DNA of 64,000 bases from Takakia lepidozioides (GCA_030704615.1 CM060732.1:17050001-17114000), one strand, 5' to 3'. Counted from the stretch's first letter, positions 39,197-52,452 are shown. The notes: a model not told the origin generated them from the letters alone. Translations and numbers: made by a program.

Positions 39197-39787
39197 ACTC
39201 CAGGAAAGCCCGAAACCCTTCATCTGTTTCACCTTCATGTGGTCAAATCAGCAGTTAGGGGGCCCCACGGTTATAGGCCCACCTTCTTTGTGATGACGTG
39301 GCATGACCTGGACCAGGCTCACGCCACTTCAGTTGCGTGAGCGTAGGCTCACGCCACGTCATCGTTGTGTGAACGTACGCTCACACGCTCACGCGCCAGG
39401 CTCACGCGGTAGTGTTGTTGAACACATTTCACCTTGTTTTTCCCTCTTATCAGAATCGGCCCTAAATTTTCATGTTGAATTATGCAAGTTAGCTGGTTGA
39501 GTGAACCTTAAATAGTTTGGAGTGACTTTGACATGATACTGCCAATGTGACAACAAGAAAGTATCCAAAAACAGCCTAGTTATCATTCCTTACGTGACGT
39601 GGCGCTGACACGTCGGCCGTCACGTCCGACGTGCGTCATGTCACGTCGAATCCGGACGTTTATCCACGTAATTTTTTTTACATTTGACTTTTATGATTTA
39701 CTTCTACTCTTTGTAATGACATGGCAGCCACGGTGTAAAACAGACGTGGTCAATTATTAATATTTATTAATTCTTTTTAAAAAATGA

Positions 39788-40095
39788 GTCCGCCTATATT
39801 GGCGGTCGCATATAATTTATTATTTTTAATAAAAGCGACCGCCCATATTGGCGGTCGCTTGTAATTTAATATTTTGTTAAATTAAGTGACCGCCAATATT
39901 GGCGGTCGCCGGTAATTTATTTATTTTTAAATGAAGCGACCGCCCATATTTGCGGTCGCCCGTAATTTATTTATTTTTAAATGAAGCGACCGCCCATATT
40001 GGCGGTCGCCTGTAATTTATTTATTTTTAAATGAAGCGACCGCCCATATTGGCGGTCGCCCGTATTTTATTACATTTTAAAATAAGCGGTCGCGT
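39788..40095. repeat. Third GCGACCGCC palindrome array
   Basis: About 6 units, followed by a G-tract and TATATAAA at 40391. Confidence 0.9.
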
Positions 40096-40479
40096 GTTTT
40101 TTTTTCTCTTAGAAATCCAGGGACTCACCGTGTGGCGTTTTGTTTTTTATTTTTAATCATGAAGCCGCGCATCGGCCAGCCACGTGGTGAGGTGCCACGG
40201 GTCAGGAAAAACGAAACAAATGGGATGGGGGGAGGTGGTTTTGAACCCTTGACCTCTCCCATGTGGGTGCGCGTGGCGAGGTGCGACTGGCTAGTCGCGC
40301 CGCGCTGACACGTGGCGAGGCGCCACTGGCCTGTCGCGCATTTTCAAGCATAATGCCATTTTTTTTGGGGGGGGGGGGGAGGTGGGCGCCTATATAAACC
40401 ATTCCCCCCTCCTTTTCTGATCACTTTTGCCCCTCTTCTGGTGTGGTTCCTTGGCATCCTTTAGTCCTTTCGGACTTCG

Positions 40480-41004
40480 TTGCTTGGCACTGCCAACGGG
40501 AGGTGCAAAGATAATTATTTGGGGGGGGAGGTTTTGTTGGTTTTCTATTGGTCAGTCCCACACACTTGTTCACGGTACAATCATCGTATCACCATTTTGC
40601 CGTTTCCGGATCTCCGGCGGCCTGTTTTTTTGCAGAAAACTACGAAGACACCATCCACACGCGTTCATTGCCATTTTTCTGAGGTTTTGGACTATGTAGT
40701 GGGCAAAGGTTTATACAATGTCGGGGGTTGTGAATTCAAGTTCTGGGGCGGGATCGTCTGGGGGGCGGAGGAAAAGAAAACGTGCCCACGAGTCAACAAG
40801 CCAGACTACCCGGGACCGGATGCCTTGGATAAGGTGAATGAAGTGGTAGCGGATTATTTCAAGGGTAGGGACATGATGAGGTTGGAGAGTGCTTATGTTA
40901 GGCATGGATGGGAGGGGTTTCAAATTTTCCAGCAAAATATGGAGAGGAAAATGACAAACGCTTTGGCGGGGGCTAAGTGGACGGCCAGCGTAGCTACGGC
41001 GTGA
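40480..41004 (+). CDS. Hypothetical cargo protein
   Basis: 174-codon ORF downstream of the array and TATA. No recognisable motif; the start is uncertain. Confidence 0.3.
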   Translation: MLGTANGRCKDNYLGGEVLLVFYWSVPHTCSRYNHRITILPFPDLRRPVFLQKTTKTPSTRVHCHFSEVLDYVVGKGLYNVGGCEFKFWGGIVWGAEEKKTCPRVNKPDYPGPDALDKVNEVVADYFKGRDMMRLESAYVRHGWEGFQIFQQNMERKMTNALAGAKWTASVATA

Positions 41005-41377
41005 GCCCAGCCCCATGAGCCTTGGAGCTGAGCCTTACGTTGTAGCTGCAAAGCGTGAGCGGCACAAATCTGCTGGAGAAGCAGGTCCTATAGGCGAGGA
41101 TTGCAGGAAGAGGGCCTATTACCGTGGACAAAACAAAGGGGGCCACCATGCACCATGTCTGCAATGCCTACACAAAAAGAGGGATATGAAAATATAGCAG
41201 ATTTGAGCTCAGAATGATTGACACACTTTATTTCAATTCACAGATAGACGCTTACAATGAATGGCATGTGCATTTGCCCTGGTTCCGCGAACGAAATGTA
41301 TGTGTTTGTCCTAAATGCAAAGTCTTTACACGGTAACCTGGAAACCAGCATGGGAAGCGGGCATGGCTCGTATGTGT

Positions 41378-44300
41378 TCAAAGAGAATTTGGCGGAGCCC
41401 TACGTGAGGTGTCCCGCTGCAGAAGGGTGATTACTTCTCCGTAGCCTAGTGTGGCTTGGTGAATGAATTGGTCTCTCTTACCGTCGCATCACATAATTAC
41501 AAGGTATATGTAATATTGATGCTTGCAGGGGACCCACTTCCCTCTCATGCCGAGAGCGCCCTCACGCATCGTTACAAAATCCGGACAAGTGCACGTAGGG
41601 AAATTCCCCACGGTAACCTGATATTCTTTGCCATGAAGAACTGAGCCAATAGACAGCACTGTGTAAATCCGTCCATACCCCGGGGCAGGGACTTCGGTGA
41701 TACGAGTCACCCAACCCTCCAAAATTCTAGCCGATTCCATCTTGCATTCGTGATCTGCACCCGAAGCGACACGGCACACTGTTTTTCCATCTCTTTTTGT
41801 TGGGTGGGAGTTGGCACCGGGTGGGGGCATTGCCGGAGCATGTGGCACATCTGTGCCGACAGTGCATGAGGGCACCACCCGGGACCGTGCAAGACAGAAC
41901 CCTCCCTCCTCCAGCATGCTTATCTCGGTTGATGACAGCGACGTCCCAAGTTTCAGAGGCCAAATTGCGGGGGGAGGGGGCTTCATTATCACCGAAGGAC
42001 AAACTGTTCCCTTGACGCATCGTGCCATATCGTCTGGGCAGAACCAGAACTTGTGGTTCTTTGACTCCCCACTATAATAAGGTCGGAACAACCCTGTGAA
42101 TGTTGGAGCTGGAGTCCCCCTGGAGCCTTTGCATATTTTTTATTTGCATTTCTTGAAAGAGGGGGTCCGAATTGCCATGCAAGCCACTCTAGATCCTAGT
42201 GGGGTGCGTTCTATATGCCACTCACTATCAATGCAATCAGATTCATGCACCATGGCCACCACCTCCTCCAATGGGATTCCTGCTGCTGTGCTTGCATGAT
42301 CTGCACTTGCTCCACTGGAGGAGGACCCACCTGGGAAGGGGCGGGCACACGACTTAGTCTGCACTGGAGACACCCTTGGTACAGAGAAATTGACCTTGTC
42401 CGGCCGATGGGAATCTCCATCCGACCCTGGAGGAGTGTTCAATTTCCTTTTGCATGATCCAAATCTTTCCTCGCCTTCCAAATGGGGGAGCCTAGATTGC
42501 AAAAGGGAGCCTTCAGTGCACCTGTTCAGAGCTCTGGCCATCTTCAATGGGTCTCCGGACCTACTCGCAGCCCTTAGCATCAACAAAGTTGTATCAAGGC
42601 CCTTGCCTCCGCCCCGTCCCATCAGAAAATTGCGGGACCTGGTTTGTTGTGTAAGTGCCCGCACCATGTCATCAGCAGTGGCCACATACAAGTCACGTCC
42701 TGCTTTGGTAGACTGCTGCATCCAGGCGTTGTGAACAGTCTCCGCCAAATCACAGGATGGCATGTCGGCCAAGTCCTCCAAGGACATGTCTTGCAGGAGG
42801 CATTGCATGGAAATGTGAGGAACGAAAGGAAATGGAAGAGGTTCTGCAAGTGACAATCCAACAACCCCAAATGAACAGGCATGATGCAAGTGAAATTTGT
42901 GTTTCTGGGATTGAAGAGGCTTACCGTCGTCATGAAAGCTCCCCACTGTCTGTACCTGAAGTGCCAGAAAACCAACCAGTCCTCCAACTCCTTCAGGTGG
43001 ATACCAGTAGCAGCACCAGAGGAGAACCACCAAGCCCGGATTGCTTGGTAAGTGCTCTCAACTTCTCCCATTGAGGTGGCATTTTTGTACTTGAGGCAGA
43101 GCCTTCTGTGCTCCAATTGAAGTTCAGGGCGAATGCAGCGCTTTGTATGACGTGCCAGAGATTGACTCCAATGGAAGAGGCATGTGCACTCCCTATTTTC
43201 CATTGGGACCTTAGGATCCCCCGAACCAAACACGCGCCGCACTGCATTGAAATTTGCCTGTGCACTATCAGCCATGAAGCCTGCAAAATTTGTGTTCTGT
43301 ATTCCATTGCGCCGCATGACGGCCAGGAGCGAATTCCACATGAGCATCTGGGATTCAGTGTCCTCCGACTGCATATCACAAATTGCTATGGAGAGCACAC
43401 GTTGGTACGCTGGATCGTACACATGGCACGCCATGGTTGTCCAACCCTTCACCCGTTTGCAGTGATCAAACATTAACCAACATTTTTTCAAATCTCCTCC
43501 AGGTTGCATTCAGCGGACAATGCTCACACCACTGCCTTCGACCACTGTGGACATCTTGAACAAATACACCTTGGATGAGCCCTGGCCAGGGAAGATACTG
43601 TTTTGAATGAATTCATAGCGACTCCTCCGTTTGAGGTCCATAATGTTGTCCATGAATCCAGCAGAGCCTGTGCCCATTCTGAGTGCATTCACCTGGTTTC
43701 GAATATTGGGAGAGCTCAACACGGAGAAATGGTCCATCACTGCCTCAAGCGAATCTTCATCCAGCATTGGTTGTGTCGCATCCCCTTCACCCAGTATGTA
43801 TTTTTCCAGGAATGTCTTGCTAGCTGCAAGCGCTATAGCAAAAGGTGTTGCACAAGGGGCATTGTGGAACTCCTGCTTCAGCAGATTTCTAGCGATGTCC
43901 ACGCTATCCCTACAACTTCCTTTGGACAAAGGATGCTCGTATGTACCCATATGAATGCAAGCACGAGTCATTGTCTTGCATTGGTGTGCCACCTGGTACA
44001 TACGAGCATGGCACACAGAAACACAAGACGGGGAAAGTTTGCAGAACCTGCACACAAAAGTATTGGTCTTGGGAGGAGCAAGCCCTGGGGTGAAAGGATT
44101 CAGGGGCACACCTTCCCACTCACTTTCGTTTGGTTTAGCGCTGTTTCTCAGGCGAGGGCAAGAAATATTCACGCACTTACAATGCCCAACGTAGACCGAC
44201 CTTAGAAATTTCAATCCAATGTCGTTGTGGATGTTCGACGTTTTTGTCCTACACCAAGGGTGTCCGTCATGTTTCTTGTCCATGCCCTGCAGAAGCCCAG

Positions 44301-44830
44301 CTAGTCCACTGGAAGACGTGGGAGGGTTGAGCTCAAACAAGATGTCCCCATCAAACTCTGCTGGCACGTATTGAACCCGCTGCACACGAAGGGACTCCCA
44401 ATCAACAAAACGCAGCTTGCTCTTGCACCCAGACACCCCTGCGAGGGCTTTCAATTTCGGAATAACACTCGTTATCTCCTGCAACTCGTCATCATCCAAG
44501 AATGGAGTCTGCATTGGCAGAGGAATCTCCGAAACATCCTCCGAGGACGAGTCTGAAAGAGTCACAAATGTAGTGGATGTGCTCACCTCTTGTTTCACAT
44601 GAACTGTGCCCTTCTGCTACACGACCGATGCTGCAGTGCCAGGGATAACTAGTGATCCTGCTGATTGTCTTCTGTCTTTTCCAAGGACCCGGTATGTGCC
44701 TGGAAGGACTCTCCACTTCCTTCCACACTCGCCAACCAATGGTTTCTCCAAGTGCCCAGAATCCAAATTCCTATCCTCGTCATACACCTCTTTTTGAACA
44801 AGCAGAGAACCCAATTCCACCTCGAATTGG
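41378..44830 (-). pseudogene. MULE transposase B (GCM/WRKY-like Zn DNA-binding domain, DDE core, SWIM)
   Basis: GHCKCVNISC..CRFC..CHAR..HMGTYEHP; LMFDH..CDMQSED..FMADS..CLFHW; CTCPDF..PCKH. A few stops and one intron near 42800-42925. Confidence 0.88.
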
Positions 44831-47230
44831 AAGCTCAAACAGTGTGCGTCAACGCACACTGTTTGAGCCCCCCTTGTGCCTTGTTTTCTGGTGTGGAAAT
44901 GGTGCACACAGGGGCCTCTCTATCTGGTTCAATCCACCCCTAATTCAAAGCTCAAACAGTGTGTGCCAACGCACACTGTTCGAGCCCCTCTTCTCACTGC
45001 TTTTTTCATAATAAAATCGTCCAGACAAGGTATCTATATGAGGTTCAATCAACAATTTCCTGGCAGCTCCAGCAGTGTGCGTCAACGCACACTGTTTGAG
45101 CCCACCTTGTCATTGTTTTTTTCATGTGAAAATCGGCCACATAGGGCAGTCTTGCAGGTTCAATGCACACTTACCTAGCAGCTCAAACAGTGTGCGTCAA
45201 CGCACACTGTTTGAGCCCACCTTGTCATTGTTTTTTTCATGTGAAAATCGGCCACATAGGGCCAGTCTTGCAGGTTCAATGCACACTTACCTGGCAGCTC
45301 AAACAGTGTGCGTCAACGCACACTGTTTGAGCCCACCTTGTCATTGTTTTTTTCATGTGAAAATCGGCCACATAGGGCCAGTCTTGCAGGTTCAATACAC
45401 ACTTACCTGGCAGCTCAAACAGTGTGCGTCAACGCACACTGTTTGAGCCCACCTTGTCATTGTTTTTTTCATGTGAAAATCGGCCACATAGGGCCAGTCT
45501 TGCAAGTTCAATGCACACTTACCTGGCAGCTCAAATAGTGTGCGTCAACGCACACTGTTTGATCCCACCTTGTTTTTTTCATCTGAAAATCGGCCACATA
45601 GGGCCAGTCTTGCAGGTTCAATACACACTTACCTGGCAGCTCAAACAGTGTGCGTCAACGCACACTGTTTGAGCCCACCTTGTCATTGTTTTTTTCATGT
45701 GAAAATCGGCCACATAGGGCCAGTCTTGCAAGTTCAATGCACACTTACCTGGCAGCTCAAACAGTGTGCGTCAACGCACACTGTTTGATCCCACCTTGTT
45801 TTTTTCATCTGAAAATCGGCCACATAGGGCCACTCAGGCAGGTTCAATCCACCCCGAATTGGAAGCTCAAACAGTGTGCGGCACCGCACACTGTTGGCAC
45901 CGCACACTGTTTGAGCCCCCCATTTTGCTTGTTTTTTCATGTTCAAAACGGCCACATAGGGCCACTCTGGCAGGTTCAATCCACCCCAAATTGGAAGCTC
46001 AAACAGCGTGCGTCAACGCACACTGTTTGAGTACCCCTTGTGCCTTGTTTTTTGGTGTGGAAATGCTGCACACAGGGGCCTCTCTGTCTGGTTCAATCCA
46101 CCCCTAATTCGAAGCTCAAACAGTGTGCGCCAACGCACACTGTTTGAGCCCCCCTTCTCATTGTTTTTTCATAATTAAATCGTCCAGACAGGATATCTCT
46201 GTGAGGTTCAATGAACAATTTCCTGGTAGCTCAAACAGTGTGCGCCAATGCACACTGTTTGAGCCCCCCTTCTCATTGTTTTTTCCATAATAAAATTGTC
46301 CAGACAGGGTAACTCTGTGAGGTTCAATCCACACTAACCTGGCAGCTCAAACAGTGTGCGTCAACGCACACTGTTTGAGCCCCCCTTGTAATTGTTTCTT
46401 GAATGTGAAAATCGTGCACACAGTCGCCTCTCTATAAGGTTCATTCCACCCCTTTTTGGAAGCTCAAACAGTGTGTGGCATTGCACACTGTTTGAGCCCA
46501 TACTTGACATTATTTTTTCATTTTAGAATCGACCACAAAGGTCATCTCTGTCAGGTTCAATTCACACTTACTTGGCAGCCCAAACACTGTGCGTCAACGC
46601 ACACTATTTGAGCCCCCTGATTTGCTTGTTTTTTGACATGGAAATTGTGCACCTAGGGCCAGTCTGGCAGGTTGAATCCCCCCCAAAATGGAAGCTCAAA
46701 TAGTGTGCGGCAATGCATACTATTTGAGCCCCCTTCACTGACTTTTCTTTTATTTCAAAATCGGCCACTCATGGCCACTATGCCATGTTAAAATCACCCC
46801 TTATTGCAAGCTCAAACAATGTGTGGCAACGCACACTATTTGAGCCCCCTTGTCTACTTGTTTTTTGTTGTGAAAATCGGGCACCTAGGGCCACTCTGGC
46901 AGGTTGAAACAAACCCTTATTGGAACCCCTCTGTGCTTGTTTTTCTATGTGAAATTGGGCCAAACAGGGCCAGTATGCATGCTCAAAACACCCATAGTTG
47001 GTAGCACGAAGAGTGTGCGGCAACGCACACTGTTTGTGCCCCCTTTTTGGCCCCCTCTCTGCCTGTTTTTTTGGTGGAAATGTGCCACATAGGGCCAAAT
47101 ATCATGTTCAAAACACTCTACTATTTGGAAGCTGAAACAGTGTGCGGCAATGCACAGTATTTTCGGCCCCCACACTGCTTGTTTTCTGATGAGAAATTGG
47201 GCCACATAGGGCCTGTCTGCCATGCTCAAA
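44830..47230. repeat. ~116-bp tandem array (~20 units), each with a 36-bp palindrome
   Basis: GCTCAAACAGTGTGCGT-CA-ACGCACACTGTTTGAGC recurs at 44833, 45181, 45297, 45413, 45529 and onward. Confidence 0.97.
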
Positions 47231-47290
47231 ACACCATTGTTTCATGCCTCTCTCTTATATCAATTTGAATGAACAACTCTGCAGGAGAAG

Positions 47291-50126
47291 ATGCAAAGTG
47301 TGGCGGATGTGATCCCTTGGGGGCAGGGGAAGGAGATCATTGTTGATGTGGACGATGAGTTCTATGAAAGCAAAGCTGCTGAGATGCTGGGGGGTCAGAA
47401 GGTAAACTCTCAGCTTGTGGTGCAAAGTATGCTTGCCCCGGGTGGGAGGTTGAAGATTCCCCTGTGTAGGTTGGTTTTCATGCCCGTCGTTCGTCCACCC
47501 CTCATCAAGGACATCCTGAAGCTGGAGGCCGAGTTTGTTCATGGGTATTTGGATGGATCCGCAGTCTTTTACGTTTCTACAAAGGATTCCAGAGGCATTG
47601 AGCTCCTTGTGGATGAGTCAATCGTGGACTCCTGGGATCCCATTTGGAGATAGGTGAACAAATCCTTCGAACTTCTTCTCTCCAGGAAACCTTCCACCCA
47701 GGCATTCTTAGGGAAGATGTTTCACGTTTGGGATGGCAACCACCAGTTGCTTGCATGGATGGCTGTCATTGGGAGGCTGCATTCGTAGGAGGAAGAGTGG
47801 CATTACTCTATTCGATCGATGGTGCTGGATTGTGACAGGAACATGATGGGTCTTCTGACGGCAATGAATGATGTGAACAGGTTGGTTTCTCATTCTACAT
47901 GTTCCACTTGTGGTTCCGTGGTTCTTTGGTTCCAATCCTCTGTTGACGCTCCTTGAATTTCATTCTGACTTTCACACATCATTCTTCAAAGGGACGGAGT
48001 CATCGCATGTCAAAACGAGTCTGGTTCACACACTGTACAGGATACAAAGGATCAGGCAGATGCCCTTGACCAACTTCAAGACCATCCTTTCAGCAGAGAC
48101 GTACAAGAAGTGCGAAAGCTCCAAGACATCAGAAACGTGGTACTCGTTGACCCGTGAGGCTTTCATGGAGTATATGTACGCGGTGAGATACATCTTCCAT
48201 CATCTAGCCTTTTGATATTCCTGCTTCCACATGTTTGTTTCTGTTTGTTTCCCTTGCCCTTGGGTTGATGCAACTCTTGTGCATTCCCTTGCAGCAAGAC
48301 ATTGCAGATGCAGGAGAGCGTGGCAAACTGGAATACTACAGCTCTACCCCTGAGGAGAGAAGGACAACAAAGGGCATTGAGAGTCACATCCAGAAGGAGA
48401 TGACCGCCACAAGAAAGACTATTATGAGTGCTTTTGTGAAACAACTGAGAATTGCAGACCCAACCTTCGGACTAGAGTTCCTTCAAGAGGTGAAAACCCA
48501 TTACAACAAGCCAGGCAAGCCGGAGATGGCCCAGGAGAAGTTACACAGGTTGTCTACTGCCGTTGTGTCTTCAGAACAGAAGGTGAAGTGGCTACAGATA
48601 TGGAACTCCGATCCCACTGTTAGGGATACCCACATGTTCCCCAGGCCGGAGAAAGAGAAGAAGACCCAGCGTGTCATTCATGTCAGTGACAATGTGCTGG
48701 ACACATGGCTTCACAAGGCCACTTACTAGAGCCAGGTATGATGTCCTTTGCTGTGTCACTTTCTTTTCGTTTTTTCTGTCATTCTTTTTCCATGTTACAT
48801 TGGTTGTGATTGTTTTTGTGTTCATTCTTGCTTCTGTATTGGTCTGCAGTTGGAGAAAAGGGCCCGGTCGGTTCTACATACGCAGCTGGCTAACTATGGG
48901 ATCACCATGACAGAACCAAAGGTCTCCTTCCAAGCATACATGAGGAAATGGAGAGCCACAGTGTGGCAATCTTGTTTCTTTAGAAAGTTCAGCAAGGATG
49001 CTGGCATCAGTCGAACAAATGAGCTTGACCAACAAGAGAAAGGAGAGGAAGCCTGGAAACGATGCCTTTATAGATGCGAAATGGATTGTGCTTCTTTGTT
49101 TTGCATAGACACAATCTCCTCCATCCAACCTGTTTTTGGCTGGCTCATATGAGTTTGTGGTGGAGTGTACTGTGCCGCATACTCTTTTAGGGGGTCTTCG
49201 TGATGGGGTGGAAAAGCTGGGAGACAATATTTGCATTGCATAATGAGGTTGTCTCTGTTCCTGCAGGTATATAAAGTATGTTCTCATGGCAGAGAACTGC
49301 TTGGACAAACATCCTGATTTCGTGGACCTTTGGCTTGTCCCTGCTGGCAACCAGACCATGTTTACTACGGGGATCTTGCATGACTGGGGCCCAGACCATC
49401 TTTTTGCTTGTGGTTGGTATTTGGATTGTCCTGCTTCAGAGACCCCAGCTCAAGAGGTGTATTTGAGGAGAGAGAATGAGCGTATAGCAGCTACCGCCGC
49501 AGCAGCCGACCTCGACATTCATGAGAGAAATTTGAGGACAATTGCAGAGAAGGAGCCTCCCGCTGAGGATACACCGGGTAAAGGTAGAAAGGCAAAGGGA
49601 AAGGATGTTGCTGGTGGTGTGGGGAAAGGAAGGGGTAGGGGGAAGGGGGCACAAGGGTAGGTAGGTGGGCAGGGAAGTGTTGCAGATACTGGCCCTCTGG
49701 TGGTTGTCTAGTAGCTCCACCGCATGGTAGGGGATCCGGGAGAAAGAACAAGGGGGTGGTTGATCCCAAGGACCCGTACCATGCAGTGGAGCATCCCACG
49801 AGGGTCATTCGCCCTACCAGGTTGGAGATGGCCAACGTCGGGTTCCTTGCCATGATGGAGTCCAAGAAATCTGATTACAAGGGCGAACCATCACCAGTGT
49901 GGGAGAGGATTGTGGAGTTCCTCGGCACGGTGCGTGTTGTCTTTTGCTTCTTGTCTATTGTGTGCATGGATCGTTTCAATCCTCTTGAGCATTCCATTGC
50001 ATGCTTGTTTGCAGGCTAAAATGACCAAATCCTGGGTGAACGGGAAGGAGAAGCCATATGCAGCCGAACTCATCATCTTGGACATCCCTGATGGGTTGCC
50101 AGTCCCGGATGTCCCTCCATCGTTTT
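47291..50126 (+). pseudogene. ParB/Srx-domain gene copy 1, multi-exon, ending in an MTase motif IV-like segment
   Basis: IPLCRLVFMPVVRP..ILKL..FVHGY..FHVWDGNHQLLAW..AMNDVN. GT-AG introns at ~47881, 48183 and 48735. The last exon reads AELIILDIPDGLPVP. Confidence 0.75.
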
Positions 50127-50199
50127 CCTACATGTGCTTAAATATGTGTGCAACACCTGTACAAAGATCCAACAGAAAAAAAAACATTTGCCTCCCCAC

Positions 50200-50985
50200 T
50201 GCTTCCTTATGTTCGATCACGTCAAGAGGGGTAAAGACTGGACCACAATGACATGTCATGTTTACGACCCTGTGTACCAGCGTGTCATGACAATTGCAGT
50301 GTGTGACATGCAGTCAGAGGACACAGATTCACAACAGCTCATGTGGAAAGCTCTCATTCGTGTTATGGCCTCCAATGGTCTCCCATCTCCCAATTTTGTT
50401 GGTTTCATGGCCGACAGTGCTCAAGCTAACTTCAACGCTGTCCGCATTGTATTCGGGACGGGAGATCCAAAAGTGCCAATGCCTGGAAGAGAACGTACGT
50501 GTCTTTTCCATTGGACACAATCCCTGGACAAACACACAAAGGCAGACATCAAGCCAGATATGCAAAGTATGCATTGTCAACTGTGCAAACAGTACAAAGA
50601 CGCCAAAACTATGGGGGAAGCAAATACATTGTTCCAGACAATTCGTGCCTGGTGGTACTCATCTGGAGCGGCATCGGAGGACAGCATGAGGGCACTGGAA
50701 GACTGGTTCGCATTTTGGCACTTCCGTTACCGACAGTGGGGAGCGGCCATGACAATGGTGAGCGGTTTGCATTCACCTTCCTTTGGGTGCTTCGGATATA
50801 TCTTTCAGGGTCCCATCCTAATATCGGCTTTGTGTTTTTTTGCCTTGCAGCATATGTCCATTAAGGAGATGGCGGACATGTCGTCTTGCAATCTAGCGGA
50901 GACAGTGCACAATGTCTAGTTGCAGCAATCCGGCAAAAATGGAAGAGATTTGTATGCGGCTACGGCCGATGACCTTATCCGTGCT
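50200..50985 (+). pseudogene. MULE transposase C catalytic core (locally inverted)
   Basis: CFLMFDHVKR..CDMQSED..FMADS..CLFHW..ATADDLIRA. Confidence 0.88.
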
Positions 50986-52452
50986 GGCAAGATCGCCACC
51001 CTTTTGCATACGTTTAACCAGGCTGACTCCGCTGCCCTCACCTTTTGTGGACATTTTGAACAGGAACACTTTCCTGGCTCCTTGCCCCGGGAAAACGCTA
51101 TCTTGGATGTAGTCATACATGCTCCTTTTCTTCAAATCCATAATATTGTCCATATAACCTCGGCTCCCAGAGCCCATTCTTAAAGCGTTCACCTGATTCC
51201 TAATGTTTGGAGAAGTCAAAGTCGAGAAATGGTCCATAACAGTGTCCAAAGCTGGTCCCTCCAGTTTTCCTCCAACCGAATCCGATGCACACAGAATACG
51301 GCTTTCCAGAAAGGACTTGCTCGCCCCCATGGCAATTGCAGATGTGGTTCCAGTTGGATTGGTATCCAACTCTTGCCTTATCAGACGCAAGACTATCTCA
51401 ACGCTCTCCCTGTAATCCCCCTTGGACACAGGGTGGTTGTGAAAACCGAAATGGACACAGGCTCTAGTCAGGGTTTTGAATCGATGCACCACATAGTACA
51501 TTCTGGCGCCACACATTATAAGGCAGCAAGGTGGTACCCTACAGAACTTGCACACAAAAGTGTTACTGTATGGTGGTGTCAAACCAGGCTTGAATGGATT
51601 CTCATTGACACCATCCCATTCGCTTTGGTTTTGCACACCCGACAATGCGAAGTGTCTGCATTTCATGTTCTCGCATTTCAGTTGCTCATTACAGACTGTT
51701 CGCCTGAATATGAGGTTGACGTGGTTGTGAATATTGGAGGTTTTTGTGCGGCACCAAGGGTGCCCATCGTGCTTTTTGTCCATTCATTCCATGAGACTGG
51801 AAATGCCCCCCACGTGACCAGGAGGAGGTAGCTCGAAAACAGTATTACCATCAAAAGATTCCAGCAAGAATGCCACCCTCTGAACATTGAAAGTGCTCCA
51901 GTCAATCCCCCTCAACTCACTCTTGAATCCTGCCATCCCACCCATGGCTTTCAGTTTAGGAATGACACTGGTGATCTCCTCCACATCTGCTTCTTGATGT
52001 GGACATGGCTGATCCACGAGCGGTATTTCACAGGCGTCATCGGAGGATGAGTCCGAAAGCTCAACTACAGTGTTAACGGTACTTGACTCCTTCTTGACAA
52101 CCACGGGTGTTTTCTCCTGGGCCACTGATGCTGCCGTGCCAGGAGTAATGAACGATCTTGCAAACTGTCTCCGAGGAGCACTGAGCACCCTGTATTTGCC
52201 TGGAGTCACTCTCCATTGTGTGGTTGGTGCAGTATGCGAAGGTTTCTAGAACGCGTACTTGAGCAGTTTTCCATTGGCATCGTACACTTCCATTTCAAGG
52301 AATAGAGTTCCATTTTCCAACCGAAACTGCGTTGCAAGCACGTGTTCATGCACCACCGCAAAACCGTCATCTTCCACCTCGTAAGAAAAGGTGACAGGGT
52401 GGTCCTCACTGAAGAAGTCCGCGTCAAGGGAGCCCATGGGCTGGGAGGCCAT
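50986..52452 (-). pseudogene. MULE transposase C N-terminal part (GCM-like Zn domain)
   Basis: MDKKHDGHPWCRTKTSNI..CKFC..HFGFHNHP..KRMQKGGDLA, collinear with transposase B. Confidence 0.85.

Noticed and set aside
44830-47230. CRISPR array (36-bp palindromic repeat, regular spacing)
   Set aside because: The spacers are near-identical to each other, no cas genes are present, and the context is eukaryotic.
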